Shown here: piece by piece, positions 1 through 9,809 of the stretch | Layout of the letters: each line of letters opens with the position of its first letter | Numbering within the stretch: position 1 is the stretch's first letter | DNA from: Minisyncoccia bacterium | Lineage (GTDB): Bacteria > Patescibacteriota > Minisyncoccia > Phycocordibacterales > UBA918 | Reading direction: 5' to 3' | Assembly (NCBI GenBank): GCA_964229335.1 | Contig: CAXRCZ010000007.1 | Coordinates: forward strand, 1 to 64,000 | DNA length: 64,000 nt | Position numbers and translations under genes: made by a program | The notes under the pieces: model-generated | Database searches by the model: none | What the model saw: the letters and a program-made list of their open reading frames with translations, nothing else | What the model was told of the DNA's origin: nothing

Positions 1-316
1 AGGCAGCCAGAACGATGATAAAGCCGATGATGGCATTAGTGAAGCTTTTTTTAGCCGCTTCTTTAGCACTTGGATTGCCGCCAGAGGTGACGAGACGGAA
101 ACCCGCCACCACCATTAGAACTGCAAAGAGTAGCGTTATGATACCGATGAGCCAATCGATGAGGAGATTAGCGAGTTGGACGAAGTTACAGGCGGAGCAG
201 GTGGTGCCTTCACAAACAAAGAATCCAGAACCTTGCGCTATGGCAGGAGCTGGATTAAGGAGGAGAAAAGATGCGAAGCTGAAGATTAGAATATATTGAA
301 AGCCCTTGTATTTCAT
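1..316 (-). CDS. TrbC/VirB2-like (CPR T4SS-pilin type) membrane protein, 3' end outside window
   Basis: Manual minus-strand translation from ATG at 316: MKYKGFQYILIFSFASFLLLNPAPAIAQGSGFFVCEGTTCSACNFVQLANLLIDWLIGIITLLFAVLMVVAGFRLVTSGGNPSAKEAAKKSFTNAIIGFIIVLAA...; signal peptide + TM-GG-charged-TM pattern; not in ORF track. Confidence 0.75.
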   Translation of the reverse strand, partial: MKYKGFQYILIFSFASFLLLNPAPAIAQGSGFFVCEGTTCSACNFVQLANLLIDWLIGIITLLFAVLMVVAGFRLVTSGGNPSAKEAAKKSFTNAIIGFIIVLAA

Positions 317-397
317 ACCAAAATCATAGCACGCGTGCTTTGCGAAATTGGTTTGGTATGTTATTTTTATCCCACTCGATTACGAGTCTTGTATTTA

Positions 398-558
398 TTT
401 GCGTCGGTGACAGACCAGAGAAAATATAAACTGCTTTATATTTTCTCTGGTCTGTCGCTTGCGACAGAATTGCCGATATTTATGAGGCAATAGGAGGACA
501 ATGAAATTGACCATGGAGCTACCGTGCAAAATTAATTGTCCTCATGACGATTATTTTT
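398..558. repeat. Structured element upstream of tRNA-Tyr with duplicated tRNA 5' end
   Basis: tttgcgtcggtgacaga (398-414) repeats tttgcgtcggtggcaga (556-572); 22-bp-arm hairpin with CTGC loop at 409-456. Confidence 0.7.
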
Positions 559-641
559 GCGTCGGTGGCAGAGTGGTCAATTGCATCAGACTGTAAATCT
601 GACGGAGTATTCCTACGGGGGTTCAAATCCCTCCCGGCGCA
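559..641 (+). tRNA. tRNA-Tyr(GTA)
   Basis: Acceptor GCGTCGG/CCGGCGC, anticodon arm tcaga-ctGTAaa-tctga, long variable arm, GGTTCAAATCC T-loop. Confidence 0.95.
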
Positions 642-841
642 CAAGCACAAAAACAAGCACCTTTTGGTGCTATTTTTGTTTATGTAGTGAGAAGAAATGT
701 GTCTGCGCACATTTCATGGGATTTGAACCAGCGGAGCCATAATTTTCTCGCCTGTCCTAGTGAGAAAATTGGCGAGCTGCGTCCAGCAGTTCTTGTGAGT
801 GTAACGAATTAGAAACTGTGGGATCAATCCCTCCTGACGCA
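642..841 (+). mobile_element. Target-foldback structured element, tRNA-Tyr copy
   Basis: gggatttgaacc (718-729) = reverse complement of T-arm; shared core; ends with aatccctcctgacgca (826-841), a copy of the tRNA 3' end. Confidence 0.7.
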
Positions 842-948
842 TATTTACACAGATATACAAAACCATCTTGACTCCCTACCCCAACCTGCTAATTTAGTAT
901 ACGGAACACAAACCACCATTCTGGTGAGGTCAATTTGGAGAAGTTCCT

Positions 949-1236
949 ATGAAAATGTATCTTTTGATGGCTGCCGCTGTGGCACTGTCCAACATCTCGT
1001 TACCTAAGCAATGTAGCGAATCTACTTCGGAAACTGAGCCGGAACTGGAAGCTTCACCTGTAGAGCGTGAAGTCACTGATGAGGTGGCTGAAGCCTATCG
1101 TCAACAAATCGAAGCAGCTCAATGGAAGGATATCGGTCCACTCGTAATGAGTGCCCCCAACCCCGAACTCAAAGCCGAAGCGAGGGCTTGCCAACAGAAA
1201 CTCCGCGACGGCGCCGAGACCTGCGTCACGGAGTAA
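949..1236 (+). CDS. Hypothetical secreted protein (orphan islet)
   Basis: 95-aa ORF, GGAG RBS, N-terminal hydrophobic stretch, upstream TTGACT, downstream hairpin. Confidence 0.6.
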   Translation: MKMYLLMAAAVALSNISLPKQCSESTSETEPELEASPVEREVTDEVAEAYRQQIEAAQWKDIGPLVMSAPNPELKAEARACQQKLRDGAETCVTE

Positions 1237-1257
1237 GATTCTTGCGAATCACACACA

Positions 1258-1287
1258 AAAGGCCGGCCCATGACTGGGCCGGCCTTT
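1258..1287. terminator. Bidirectional intrinsic terminator
   Basis: aaaggccggccca-tgac-tgggccggccttt between convergent genes. Confidence 0.8.
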
Positions 1288-1299
1288 CTGCTTTTCTGT

Positions 1300-4014
1300 C
1301 TACGCAGCTACTTTTTCTTTCTTCTTAGTTATTTTCTTCGCTTTGGTTTTTTTCTTGGTGGATGTCTTGGCTTTGGCGGCCTTTTTGATATCAAAGTCTA
1401 GCTCGTCTCCCTTAATAGCAACTTTGACAGTACCACCTTGCAGCACTCCTTCGCCCACCATCATATTCGCAACAGGCGTAAGGATTTTACTCTGAATTAC
1501 TCTTCGTAGTGGTCGAGCCCCGAACTTTGGATCGTACCCTTCTTTAGCCAAATACTCGAGCACATCATTACTGATTGAGAGTTTGATTTCTTTCTTCTCG
1601 AGACGCTTAACGACTTCTGCGACTTGTAGGTCGACGATGTCACGTATAGCTTCAGTAGATAGCAAATCAAATACTACTATCTCATCGAGTCGGTTGAGGA
1701 ACTCGGGTCGGAAGAATGTTTTCAGACTATCCATTACCTTGTCTTTGGCCTGTGAGTATTGGGCTGACTCGCCTTTATCAGCTGTAAAGCCAAAGTTAGA
1801 CATGCGGTCGATGTGCTCGGCGCCGATATTTGAAGTCATGATAATGACTGTATTTTTGAAGTTCACTTTTCTACCTTTCGCGTCTGTCAGATGTCCAGAA
1901 TCGAGCACTTGCAAGAGAATGTTGAAGACTTCTGGATGAGCTTTTTCTACCTCATCAAGCAATACAACAGAGTATGGTCGGTGACGAATTTTTTCCGTAA
2001 AACTACCACCTTCATCGTGGCCAACATATCCGGGCGGAGAACCGACTAATTTAGAGACTGAATGCTTCTCCATAAACTCAGACATGTCTACCCGAATCAG
2101 TGACTCAGGGTCATTGAACATAAACTCTGCCAAAGCTCGAGATAATTCTGTCTTCCCCACCCCTGTCGGTCCGAGAAATAGGAATGAACCAATTGGCCGA
2201 TTGGGATCAGCAATACCGGCGCGTGAACGTTTAATGGCGTCGCTGATGCGCTGTACGGCATCATCTTGACCAACCACTTTCTCTTTTAACTCTTCTTCCA
2301 TTCGCGCTAATTTTTGCACTTCGGCTTCAAGCATGCGTGAGACTGGAATACCAGTCCAGCGAGACACCACGCCGGCAATTTCTTCTTCGGTAACCTCCTC
2401 CTTTAATAGTCGCCGACTGTGTTGGAGTTTCTTCAATCGCTTCATTTTTGCTTCCAGTTCTTTTTCCACTCCTGGAATTGTGTCGTAGCGAATTTCGGCT
2501 GCTTGAGTTAGGTCTGCACGGGCTTCCGCCGCATCAGCTTCTAAGCGAAGTTCTTCCAACTCTTTTTTAAAGTCACCAATTTCATTCAGTGCTTCACGCT
2601 CGTTGTTCCACTTAGTTTCAAGGGTCGCAGTTTTTTCTCGTAATTCTCCAATCTCTGCATCAATCTCCTTGAGTCTTTTTTTAATTTTCTGCGTATTCTC
2701 AGCGAGTTCTAGCTCTTTGTTGAGAGCTTCGCGCTCTATCTCTAGCCGCCGCACCTCCCTGTCGGCTACTACCAGCTCTTCTGGCTTGTTTTCTAACGAT
2801 ATACGAAGTGCTGAAGCAGCTTCGTCAATCAAATCGACTGCTTTGTCAGGCAGAAATCTATCGGTGATATAGCGAGAAGAGAGGTTAACTGCTGCGAGAA
2901 TAGCGTCGTCGGTAATACGGACGCCGTGATACAGCTCATATTTCTCAGCCAGACCACGCAAAATCGCAACGGCGTCTTCTTGGTTTGGCTCATTGACATA
3001 GACTGGCTGAAAGCGTCGGGTTAGCGCTGGGTCTCGCTCAATATGTTTTTGATACTCTTTTAGTGTGGTGGCGCCAATCACTCTGATTTCGCCACGAGCC
3101 AGAGCTGGCTTCAACATATTACTGGCATCCATCGAGCCATCCGCTTGACCAGCACCCACGATGGTATGTAGCTCGTCAATAAATAAGATGATTTTGCCTG
3201 CAGCACTTTCTACTTCTTTCATAACTGCTTTCAGTCGCTCTTCGAACTCACCGCGGAATTTAGTCCCTGCTACTAAGAGTCCTAAATCAAGTGAGAGAAT
3301 TTCTTTTTCTTTAACTGACTCTGGTACTTGGCCAAGGGCGATTTGTTGGGCTAATCCTTCAGCGATAGCCGTCTTTCCCACCCCTGCTTCACCAATCAAT
3401 ACTGGATTGTTTTTGGTACGTCGAGACAAGATTTGAATTACTCGTTGGATTTCTATGTCGCGACCAATAACTGGATCAACTTTGTTCTCTTGAGCAAGCT
3501 TAGTAAGATTGCGAGTGTATTTAGTAAGCGTACGAAACTTCTTTGGCATCTCTGCGTCACTAATATTGTTTTCGCGTAGCTCTTTAATAGTGTCTTGTAC
3601 TTGTTTTTTCTGAATATTGCTTCGCTGAATAATCTCAGCAGCAGGACCAGGATTCTCAAGAATTGCGACAAATAAATGCTCTACTCCTACGTATGTATCT
3701 CCTAGTTGCTCTGCGTACACAGTAGAAAACTCTAGCGCCTTGGCCAGCTCTGGTGTGAGATATAGTTGGTATGATTGAGAAATAGTATTTTGGGTTTCGG
3801 GTGTCTCCAAGGCCTCAAGGAGCAAATCGGTAAAGGCAATAATATCGATATCCAAGCGATCAAGCATCACAATCACCGCGCTATCATCTTGCATCGACAA
3901 AGCTGTCAGTAAATGGAGAGTGCTGACGTGATTTTGGCCACGTTCAATAGCTAGCTCGTGAGCCTTTCGAATAGCCTCTTTGGCCTTTGAGGTAAAGTTG
4001 TGAAAATTCGGCAT
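1300..4014 (-). CDS. clpB: ClpB/ClpC-family AAA+ chaperone
   Basis: Clp N domain, two Walker A motifs ([16 protein letters not shown]), long coiled-coil middle domain, RIDMSE-like and GARPL motifs. Confidence 0.9.
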   Translation of the reverse strand: MPNFHNFTSKAKEAIRKAHELAIERGQNHVSTLHLLTALSMQDDSAVIVMLDRLDIDIIAFTDLLLEALETPETQNTISQSYQLYLTPELAKALEFSTVYAEQLGDTYVGVEHLFVAILENPGPAAEIIQRSNIQKKQVQDTIKELRENNISDAEMPKKFRTLTKYTRNLTKLAQENKVDPVIGRDIEIQRVIQILSRRTKNNPVLIGEAGVGKTAIAEGLAQQIALGQVPESVKEKEILSLDLGLLVAGTKFRGEFEERLKAVMKEVESAAGKIILFIDELHTIVGAGQADGSMDASNMLKPALARGEIRVIGATTLKEYQKHIERDPALTRRFQPVYVNEPNQEDAVAILRGLAEKYELYHGVRITDDAILAAVNLSSRYITDRFLPDKAVDLIDEAASALRISLENKPEELVVADREVRRLEIEREALNKELELAENTQKIKKRLKEIDAEIGELREKTATLETKWNNEREALNEIGDFKKELEELRLEADAAEARADLTQAAEIRYDTIPGVEKELEAKMKRLKKLQHSRRLLKEEVTEEEIAGVVSRWTGIPVSRMLEAEVQKLARMEEELKEKVVGQDDAVQRISDAIKRSRAGIADPNRPIGSFLFLGPTGVGKTELSRALAEFMFNDPESLIRVDMSEFMEKHSVSKLVGSPPGYVGHDEGGSFTEKIRHRPYSVVLLDEVEKAHPEVFNILLQVLDSGHLTDAKGRKVNFKNTVIIMTSNIGAEHIDRMSNFGFTADKGESAQYSQAKDKVMDSLKTFFRPEFLNRLDEIVVFDLLSTEAIRDIVDLQVAEVVKRLEKKEIKLSISNDVLEYLAKEGYDPKFGARPLRRVIQSKILTPVANMMVGEGVLQGGTVKVAIKGDELDFDIKKAAKAKTSTKKKTKAKKITKKKEKVAA

Positions 4015-4168
4015 AACAAAAAATATGTTCGTTGTATAAGTTCTTTCAGCTTATCAGTCAAAACAGTCTTTCCTCCACGCAGTCGTCTCTCTATATTGCA
4101 ATAGATGACTACGCAAGTCAAAAGAAAAGCCCGCGAATTCTGCGCGGGCTTTCGTAATTGTTGCTTCT

Positions 4169-4444
4169 TCAACCAACCAATTGATAACAGCGTCCAGAAG
4201 TTACCTCAGCGGTAAAAACTGGATTGTTGTAGTAAGTGATTGAATAGATTTTATTATTATATCGAAACACGTACATCCACCACCAACTGGTTCTAGTGAA
4301 TTTACCTAACGGTATCGACTCAAACTCTTCTTCGGTCACTTCCAAACACCATTCTGGCAGCCGAATCGAGCGGACTTCCTCAGGAATTGCTTCAGCTGGT
4401 TGGGGAGCTAAAAAGCACATGGCCAGAGGCAAAAAGATACACAT
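4169..4444 (-). CDS. Hypothetical exported protein (orphan islet)
   Basis: 91-aa ORF, GGAGG RBS, signal-peptide-like N-terminus, terminator at about 4125-4153. Confidence 0.6.
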   Translation of the reverse strand: MCIFLPLAMCFLAPQPAEAIPEEVRSIRLPEWCLEVTEEEFESIPLGKFTRTSWWWMYVFRYNNKIYSITYYNNPVFTAEVTSGRCYQLVG

Positions 4445-4514
4445 AGTTTGACCTCCGTCCTATAAATAACTGTTCGCTCAGCATATTGCGCCAATTGGCA
4501 AAATAAGTCAAAAC

Positions 4515-5729
4515 TTATGGTGTGTAATTGGACATTTTCTCAATATGAGATGTAAGAACAGCTGTAAGGCGTTTAAGGTCTGATAGTTTGGTGTCTGGAG
4601 CAAGTGAAATACGTAAGGTCGAGCTGGCGCGAGCTGGTTCATCAGAAATCTCGCGCACTACTACACTTTCTCCCCCGCCCGCGCCAGCACAGGCTGACTT
4701 GGTTGATACGGCAAAGCCGTGCTTATCGAGCACTATGGTGGCAAACTCTGTATCATGTCCAGGGATAGAGATGTTTATATTATTGGCTTGGCGCAACTCT
4801 CCGACAGCACCGTTTACTATTGCATTAGGAATTTCTTTTTGGATGTAAGCAATCGCTTCATCTCTAGTTTTACTGATAGCCTCCTGATTTTTACGCCAGT
4901 TGGATTGAGCCTCGAGAAACGCCACTGCTGCACCGACAATACCGGCCACATTCTCGGTTCCGGGCCGCAATCCATCTTCTTGTCCGCCGCCATAGATAAC
5001 TGGTTTTAGCGCAACACGAGGTGACCGGAGTAGTAACCCTACTCCTTTTGGTCCATTACACTTCCCTGCATCAAATGTAACTAAATCAGCTTTCATAGCG
5101 TCGAATTGACAATTGAGCCATAGAGGAGCCTGGGCAGCATCAACATGAAAAAGTATTTTATTTCCAAACTGCTGTTCTTTTTTTCGTAGTGTCTTTTTAA
5201 TGGTGTGTAACTTTTGGATACTGCCAATTTCACTATTGGCATACGTTGTGGTCATAAGAACCGTGTTGGCTGAAATTTTCTTTTCCAGCTCTTCTATATC
5301 TATTAAACCGCGCTCGTCGACACTGACATACTGTACGGTTACTCCACGCTGAGCTAGCGCTTCAACTGTTTTCAGAGTGGCTGGATGTTCAATTCTAGTA
5401 GTTATCACTTCTAGTTCAGACAAATCTTGCCCCTCTTTGCGCGCCGCCATCACAGACCCTCTAATTGCAAGGTTGTTTGCCTCAGTCCCGCCAGAGGTAA
5501 ACGTGATAAACTCTGGTCGCACCTCAAACGTCCTAGCAATATTCTTTCGTGCTTCTTCAACAGCAGCACTGGCTAATTGTCCTTCGCTATGAATCGAACT
5601 GGGATTTGCATACAAATTATCTAGATACGGCTGCATAGCCGCCACAACTTCAGGCAAGAGTGGTGTAGCTGCCGCGTAATCCAGATATATCCTTTTTGGT
5701 GCAGTTTTCCAAAACATATATGTTCGCAT
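4515..5729 (-). CDS. iscS: Cysteine desulfurase (IscS/NifS family)
   Basis: YLDYAAATP, FTSGGTEANN, HVDAAQA, GKCNGPKGVG, RPGTEN, STKSAC motifs. Confidence 0.9.
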   Translation of the reverse strand: MRTYMFWKTAPKRIYLDYAAATPLLPEVVAAMQPYLDNLYANPSSIHSEGQLASAAVEEARKNIARTFEVRPEFITFTSGGTEANNLAIRGSVMAARKEGQDLSELEVITTRIEHPATLKTVEALAQRGVTVQYVSVDERGLIDIEELEKKISANTVLMTTTYANSEIGSIQKLHTIKKTLRKKEQQFGNKILFHVDAAQAPLWLNCQFDAMKADLVTFDAGKCNGPKGVGLLLRSPRVALKPVIYGGGQEDGLRPGTENVAGIVGAAVAFLEAQSNWRKNQEAISKTRDEAIAYIQKEIPNAIVNGAVGELRQANNINISIPGHDTEFATIVLDKHGFAVSTKSACAGAGGGESVVVREISDEPARASSTLRISLAPDTKLSDLKRLTAVLTSHIEKMSNYTP

Positions 5730-5827
5730 AATGACACACCTAGAATAACTAGTAAATATCTGCTATACTGCCGCCACTTACACGCTAGAGTCTGCCTTAG
5801 TTACAGGCTTTTTTAGTTCGAGAAATT

Positions 5828-7336
5828 ATGGCAAAAAAAACAAAAACAGCAGCTCCCAATGTAATCAAGCGCCACCCCATCGTGGTAGTAATGGGTCATA
5901 TCGACCACGGAAAATCGACTCTCCTCGACTACATTCGCAAGAGTAACGTGGTAGATACCGAATCGGGCGGTATTACCCAGCACCTTTCAGCGTATGTAGT
6001 GGAGCATACGACCAAAGAAGGGAGCGATGAGACTCTGACCTTCCTCGATACTCCAGGCCATGAAGCGTTTCAAAAGATGCGCTTGCGAGGAGCCGATGTG
6101 GCAGATATTGCTATCTTAATCATATCGGCTGAAGATGGAGTGAAGCCACAGACATTAGAGGCGCTCGAATCAATCAAACAAGCAGATATTCCTTATATTG
6201 TAGCCATCAATAAAATCGATAAGCCTGGGGCTAATATTTCTCAAACTCAGACCAGCCTGATTGAAAACGAAATTTATATTGAGGGAATGGGAGGTGATAT
6301 TCCTTGGGCAGGAATTTCTGCCAAGACCGGAGAAGGAATTGAGGAGTTGCTAGACCTCGTTAGTCTAACAGCTGACCTTGCCGAACTTACTGGTGACACC
6401 AACGCCGCCGCTAGCGGAAAGGTAATTGAGAGTAATCTTGATCCTCGTCGGGGAAATACCGCTACGCTACTAGTAACCAACGGTACGCTTGCTAGCGGTC
6501 AATTTGTCGTGTCGGGCACTGCTTACTCACCAATACGCATCATGGAAGACTTCCAAGGAAAAACGGTGAAAGAAGCTGGTCTATCAATCCCAGTGAAAGT
6601 CATTGGTTTTAATGAAGTTCCTGAAGTCGGTACCAACTTTCAAGCAGTGAGTAGTAAAAAGGAAGCTGAAGCACTGGTCGAGGAGAACCAAACCGCTAAG
6701 GATAACCCGCAACAAGCATATGAGGCTAGTAGCCTGCCGGTGGTGCCAATAGCAATCAAAGCAGATGTGTACGGAACCATTGAGGCCATTCGCCACGAAT
6801 TAGATAAGTTTGAATCAGATCGAATTATAGTAAAGGTTATTGATAGTAGTGTCGGTGACGTGACTGCCAATGACGTCCAAAATGTCAGTGCAACTCCTGA
6901 CGCGATTATCGTCGGATTTAATGTAAAAGTAGAGCGGCCGGCCAAAGACCTGGCAGAACGATTAGGGGTAGAGATTAATACTTTCTCAATTATTTACGAA
7001 CTATCAGAATGGCTTAACACGGCTCTTAAAAACCGCACTCCAAAAAAAGAAGAAAAGATAACTACAGGTTCAGTAAAAATCTTAAAACACTTTAGTACCC
7101 AAAAATACACTCACGTTCTTGGTGGACGAATGGACGAAGGAGTAATCAAAATGAATCAACCAGTCAAAATTACTCGTCGTGACATAGAAATCGGTACCGG
7201 AGTAATCAAAAACCTGCAGCAAGGTAAGTCTGATGTGAACCAAGTCGAAGAGGGTGAATTTGGTATGCAACTTGAAACCCGTAGCGAAATCGCAGCTGGA
7301 GACTATCTCAAGCCATACGATACAGTAATCACCTAA
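5828..7336 (+). CDS. infB: Translation initiation factor IF-2 (short form)
   Basis: GHIDHGKSTLLD, GGITQH, DTPGHEAF, NKID motifs. Confidence 0.95.
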   Translation: MAKKTKTAAPNVIKRHPIVVVMGHIDHGKSTLLDYIRKSNVVDTESGGITQHLSAYVVEHTTKEGSDETLTFLDTPGHEAFQKMRLRGADVADIAILIISAEDGVKPQTLEALESIKQADIPYIVAINKIDKPGANISQTQTSLIENEIYIEGMGGDIPWAGISAKTGEGIEELLDLVSLTADLAELTGDTNAAASGKVIESNLDPRRGNTATLLVTNGTLASGQFVVSGTAYSPIRIMEDFQGKTVKEAGLSIPVKVIGFNEVPEVGTNFQAVSSKKEAEALVEENQTAKDNPQQAYEASSLPVVPIAIKADVYGTIEAIRHELDKFESDRIIVKVIDSSVGDVTANDVQNVSATPDAIIVGFNVKVERPAKDLAERLGVEINTFSIIYELSEWLNTALKNRTPKKEEKITTGSVKILKHFSTQKYTHVLGGRMDEGVIKMNQPVKITRRDIEIGTGVIKNLQQGKSDVNQVEEGEFGMQLETRSEIAAGDYLKPYDTVIT

Positions 7337-7339
7337 CCT

Positions 7340-7675
7340 ATGTCTGAAAGACAAGCTAAAGTAGCACATTTGCTACAGGAGAACGTAGCCAAGTTTGTAC
7401 AGCAAGAAGCCAATGCTGATCCGTTAATTACTATTACACGGATTGATATTTCGCCTGACTTGAAACGTGCAATAGTTTTCTTCACAACCTTGCCTGACGG
7501 TAAGGAGAATGAAGCGCTTATTTTTTTGAAGCGTTCGGGTGGAGATATGCGGCAATATCTAAAAAGCCACACTAAGATAAAAAGAATTCCTCACTTCGAC
7601 TTCATGATTGATGCTGGTGAACGGCACCGTCAACATATAGATGATGTCTTTCGCCAACTTGAGAGTGAGGATTAG
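7340..7675 (+). CDS. rbfA: Ribosome-binding factor A
   Basis: Follows infB; ITITRIDISPDLKRA...RIPHFDF pattern. Confidence 0.9.
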   Translation: MSERQAKVAHLLQENVAKFVQQEANADPLITITRIDISPDLKRAIVFFTTLPDGKENEALIFLKRSGGDMRQYLKSHTKIKRIPHFDFMIDAGERHRQHIDDVFRQLESED

Positions 7676-7734
7676 TTAGTTTGTGCTTTGTCACCGCATT
7701 ATATAAATGCTAAAGTACGGAGCGAATTATTACT

Positions 7735-7806
7735 GTCCTGGTGGCGAAGTGGTAACGCTGAGGTCTGCAAAACCTCCATGCGCGGGTTCGATTCCCGCCC
7801 AGGACT
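7735..7806 (+). tRNA. tRNA-Cys(GCA)
   Basis: GTCCTGG/CCAGGAC acceptor, gaggt-ctGCAaa-acctc, GTTCGATT. Confidence 0.95.
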
Positions 7807-7991
7807 CACGAAAACTAAGTTTTCGTAGGCATGGGTAGATTGTGCCTGCGCACAATCTTTCTGGAATCGAACGGCGGAGACATGGTTCAATTTCCATTCC
7901 TAGAAATTGAAACGGTTGAGCCGCGTCTAGCAGTACTTATGAGTGTAACGAATTAGTAACTGTGGGAAGATTCCCGCCCAGGACTCACGAA
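7807..7991 (+). mobile_element. Target-foldback structured element, tRNA-Cys copy
   Basis: ggaatcgaac (7863-7872) = rc of T-arm; shared core; exact 23-bp duplication gattcccgcccaggactcacgaa at 7790-7812 and 7969-7991. Confidence 0.75.
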
Positions 7992-8014
7992 CAAAACATT
8001 GTTCGATAGTGCAT

Positions 8015-8102
8015 GCCGGGATGGTGGAATGGTAGACACGAGGGACTTAAAATCCCTTGCCTCTTACAGGGCGTGCGGGTTCGAGTCCCGCTCCCGGCAC
8101 CA
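8015..8102 (+). tRNA. tRNA-Leu(TAA)
   Basis: GCCGGGA/TCCCGGC, aggga-ctTAAaa-tccct, long variable arm, encoded CCA. Confidence 0.95.
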
Positions 8103-8122
8103 ATAGAAAAACTGCCGTTGGG

Positions 8123-8298
8123 CAGTTTTTCTTTACGTTGACGTCACCAGTTACTAACCAAAATATTCGCTTCGCAAAAATTTTGCTAAGTACTCGCGAC
8201 CCCGGCTCGCTGGCTTTTTCTCAAGGTTAAGAGAAAAAACATAGCTCCGCCTCGGACAACTAAAAAACTGTGCGCAGGCACAGTTTTTCTTAACGTTG
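8123..8298 (-). mobile_element. Target-foldback structured element, tRNA-Lys copy
   Basis: Minus-strand core gcgagccggggtcgcgagtactt...ttagtaactggtgac; flanking duplication cagtttttct(t/a)acgttg-type 17/18 at 8123-8140 and 8281-8298. Confidence 0.7.
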
Positions 8299-8371
8299 TC
8301 CGCCCACTAGGACTTGAACCTAGGACCTTGTGGTTAAGAGCCACCTGCTCTACCAACTGAGCTATGGGCGG
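8299..8371 (-). tRNA. tRNA-Lys(CTT)
   Basis: rc: CCGCCCA-TAGCTCAGTTGGTAGAGC...gtgg-ctCTTaa-ccac...GGTTCAAGTCC-TAG-TGGGCGG-A. Confidence 0.93.
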
Positions 8372-8474
8372 AATAGTTGGTGCGCCTGAGTGTACCTCAG
8401 TGATATCGATAGTTCAAGCGTATTTTCAACTGGCACTGGTACTAATTGTTTGCTATACTCAGCGCCACATTTAC

Positions 8475-8555
8475 GCGTGAGTGGCGAAATGGTAGACGCG
8501 CTAGTCTTAGGAACTAGTGGAGCAATCCGTGGAGGTTCGAGTCCTCTCTCACGCA
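8475..8555 (+). tRNA. tRNA-Leu(TAG)
   Basis: GCGTGAG/CTCACGC, ctagt-ctTAGga-actag, variable arm. Confidence 0.95.
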
Positions 8556-8558
8556 CAA

Positions 8559-8598
8559 AAAATCCCTGCTTTAATACTAGTATTAAAGCAGGGATTTT
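8559..8598. terminator. Spacerless 40-bp perfect palindrome, probable bidirectional terminator
   Basis: aaaatccctgctttaatact|agtattaaagcagggatttt between convergent tRNA-Leu and trhO. Confidence 0.7.
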
Positions 8599-8600
8599 GT

Positions 8601-9632
8601 TTACACCAGCCGAGTTTTCTTAAACTGTTTACGTCCCCGGACGACAGTATTGTAAAACCGCGCTGCTTTCTTTTTTAGAGGCTTGGGTAGTTTGTCAATC
8701 AGTTCACACACTTTGCCGCAGTACCCACGCTTATTCTCAACACACTCATCACAACCAATAAATAATGTGTGGCAAATTTGGTTTCGGCAGTGGTAGTGAG
8801 TGTCACTCTTGACTTTGCGACACAGGTGACAAGTGGCAATGATTTCCTCGCCGACTCGTTCCCCAAGCCGCTCATCAAATACAAAGTTCTTACCTTTAAA
8901 CTTATTCGGTAATTGCTTCTCTTTTACCTGGTGCGCATAGTCAATAATCCCGCCTTTGAGGTGTCGCACATCTTTGTAGCCACTATGCTTGAGCCATGCA
9001 CTGGCTTTTTCACAACGAATACCCCCAGTACAGTACAAAGCAATTTTTTTATCTTTGTGTTCCTTTAATAATTCTGGTGTTTTCTTTAATTCTTCGCGAA
9101 AGGTTTCTACCTTCGGAGTAATCGCCCCATCAAAATGCCCTACTTCGCTCTCGTAGCTATTTCGCATATCTACCACTACCGCATCTGGATCATCAAGATA
9201 TTGATTCATCTCCTCAGCAGTCAGATAGTCGCCAGTATCAGTCACATCGAAACTACTATCATCTAGTCCATCAGCCACAATTTTGTCACGCAGCTTGATA
9301 GCCAATTTATAGAACGATGGCGCTTGGCCTTCTTCCACCGCAACTTTGTACGGTACACCAGCTAGTTCTGGCTGGGTTTGTGTCCAAGTATTGAACTCAT
9401 CCCACTTCTTTTCTAGTACGTTCATTTGGGCGTTGATTCCCTCTTTGGCTACATATATTCGTCCTAGACATTCAAGCTCCTGCCATTTGTCTAATAATCG
9501 CTCTCGAAAAGCTTCCGGATTATCAATCTGCACATAACGGTAGAACGAAATCGTTCGTCTAGGTCGGGTATCTTCTGCAGCCGCCTTTCTTTTGTCTTCA
9601 CGGCTACGCAAATCTCGAGATTTTTTGTTCAC
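8601..9632 (-). CDS. trhO: Rhodanese-family tRNA uridine(34) hydroxylase (TrhO/YceA)
   Basis: GRIYVAKEGINAQ, DMRNSYESEVGHF, YCTGGIRCEKAS, GKNFVFDER motifs. Confidence 0.9.
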   Translation of the reverse strand: MNKKSRDLRSREDKRKAAAEDTRPRRTISFYRYVQIDNPEAFRERLLDKWQELECLGRIYVAKEGINAQMNVLEKKWDEFNTWTQTQPELAGVPYKVAVEEGQAPSFYKLAIKLRDKIVADGLDDSSFDVTDTGDYLTAEEMNQYLDDPDAVVVDMRNSYESEVGHFDGAITPKVETFREELKKTPELLKEHKDKKIALYCTGGIRCEKASAWLKHSGYKDVRHLKGGIIDYAHQVKEKQLPNKFKGKNFVFDERLGERVGEEIIATCHLCRKVKSDTHYHCRNQICHTLFIGCDECVENKRGYCGKVCELIDKLPKPLKKKAARFYNTVVRGRKQFKKTRLV

Positions 9633-9809
9633 GTGGCAAATAGTAGCAAAGATATAGTGACTGGCAAGAAAAATTGCTATATATTGACTTATTTGATAAA
9701 TATGCTATTATTTTAGGTGGAATGGGGAGGCTCTGCTTCCCCGCTTGTGTTTAACCGCTTGATTGCCCAATCTGGCAAAATACTAGCGTATTGAAAAAGG
9801 AATATAGTA

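Noticed and set aside
15-299. 94-aa plus-strand ORF in the track
   Set aside because: Antisense shadow of the pilin-like gene on the minus strand (start 316).
642-841. tRNA-adjacent elements as tRNA introns or extra tRNA genes
   Set aside because: The tRNAs are complete and uninterrupted; the duplicated pieces lack D and anticodon arms.
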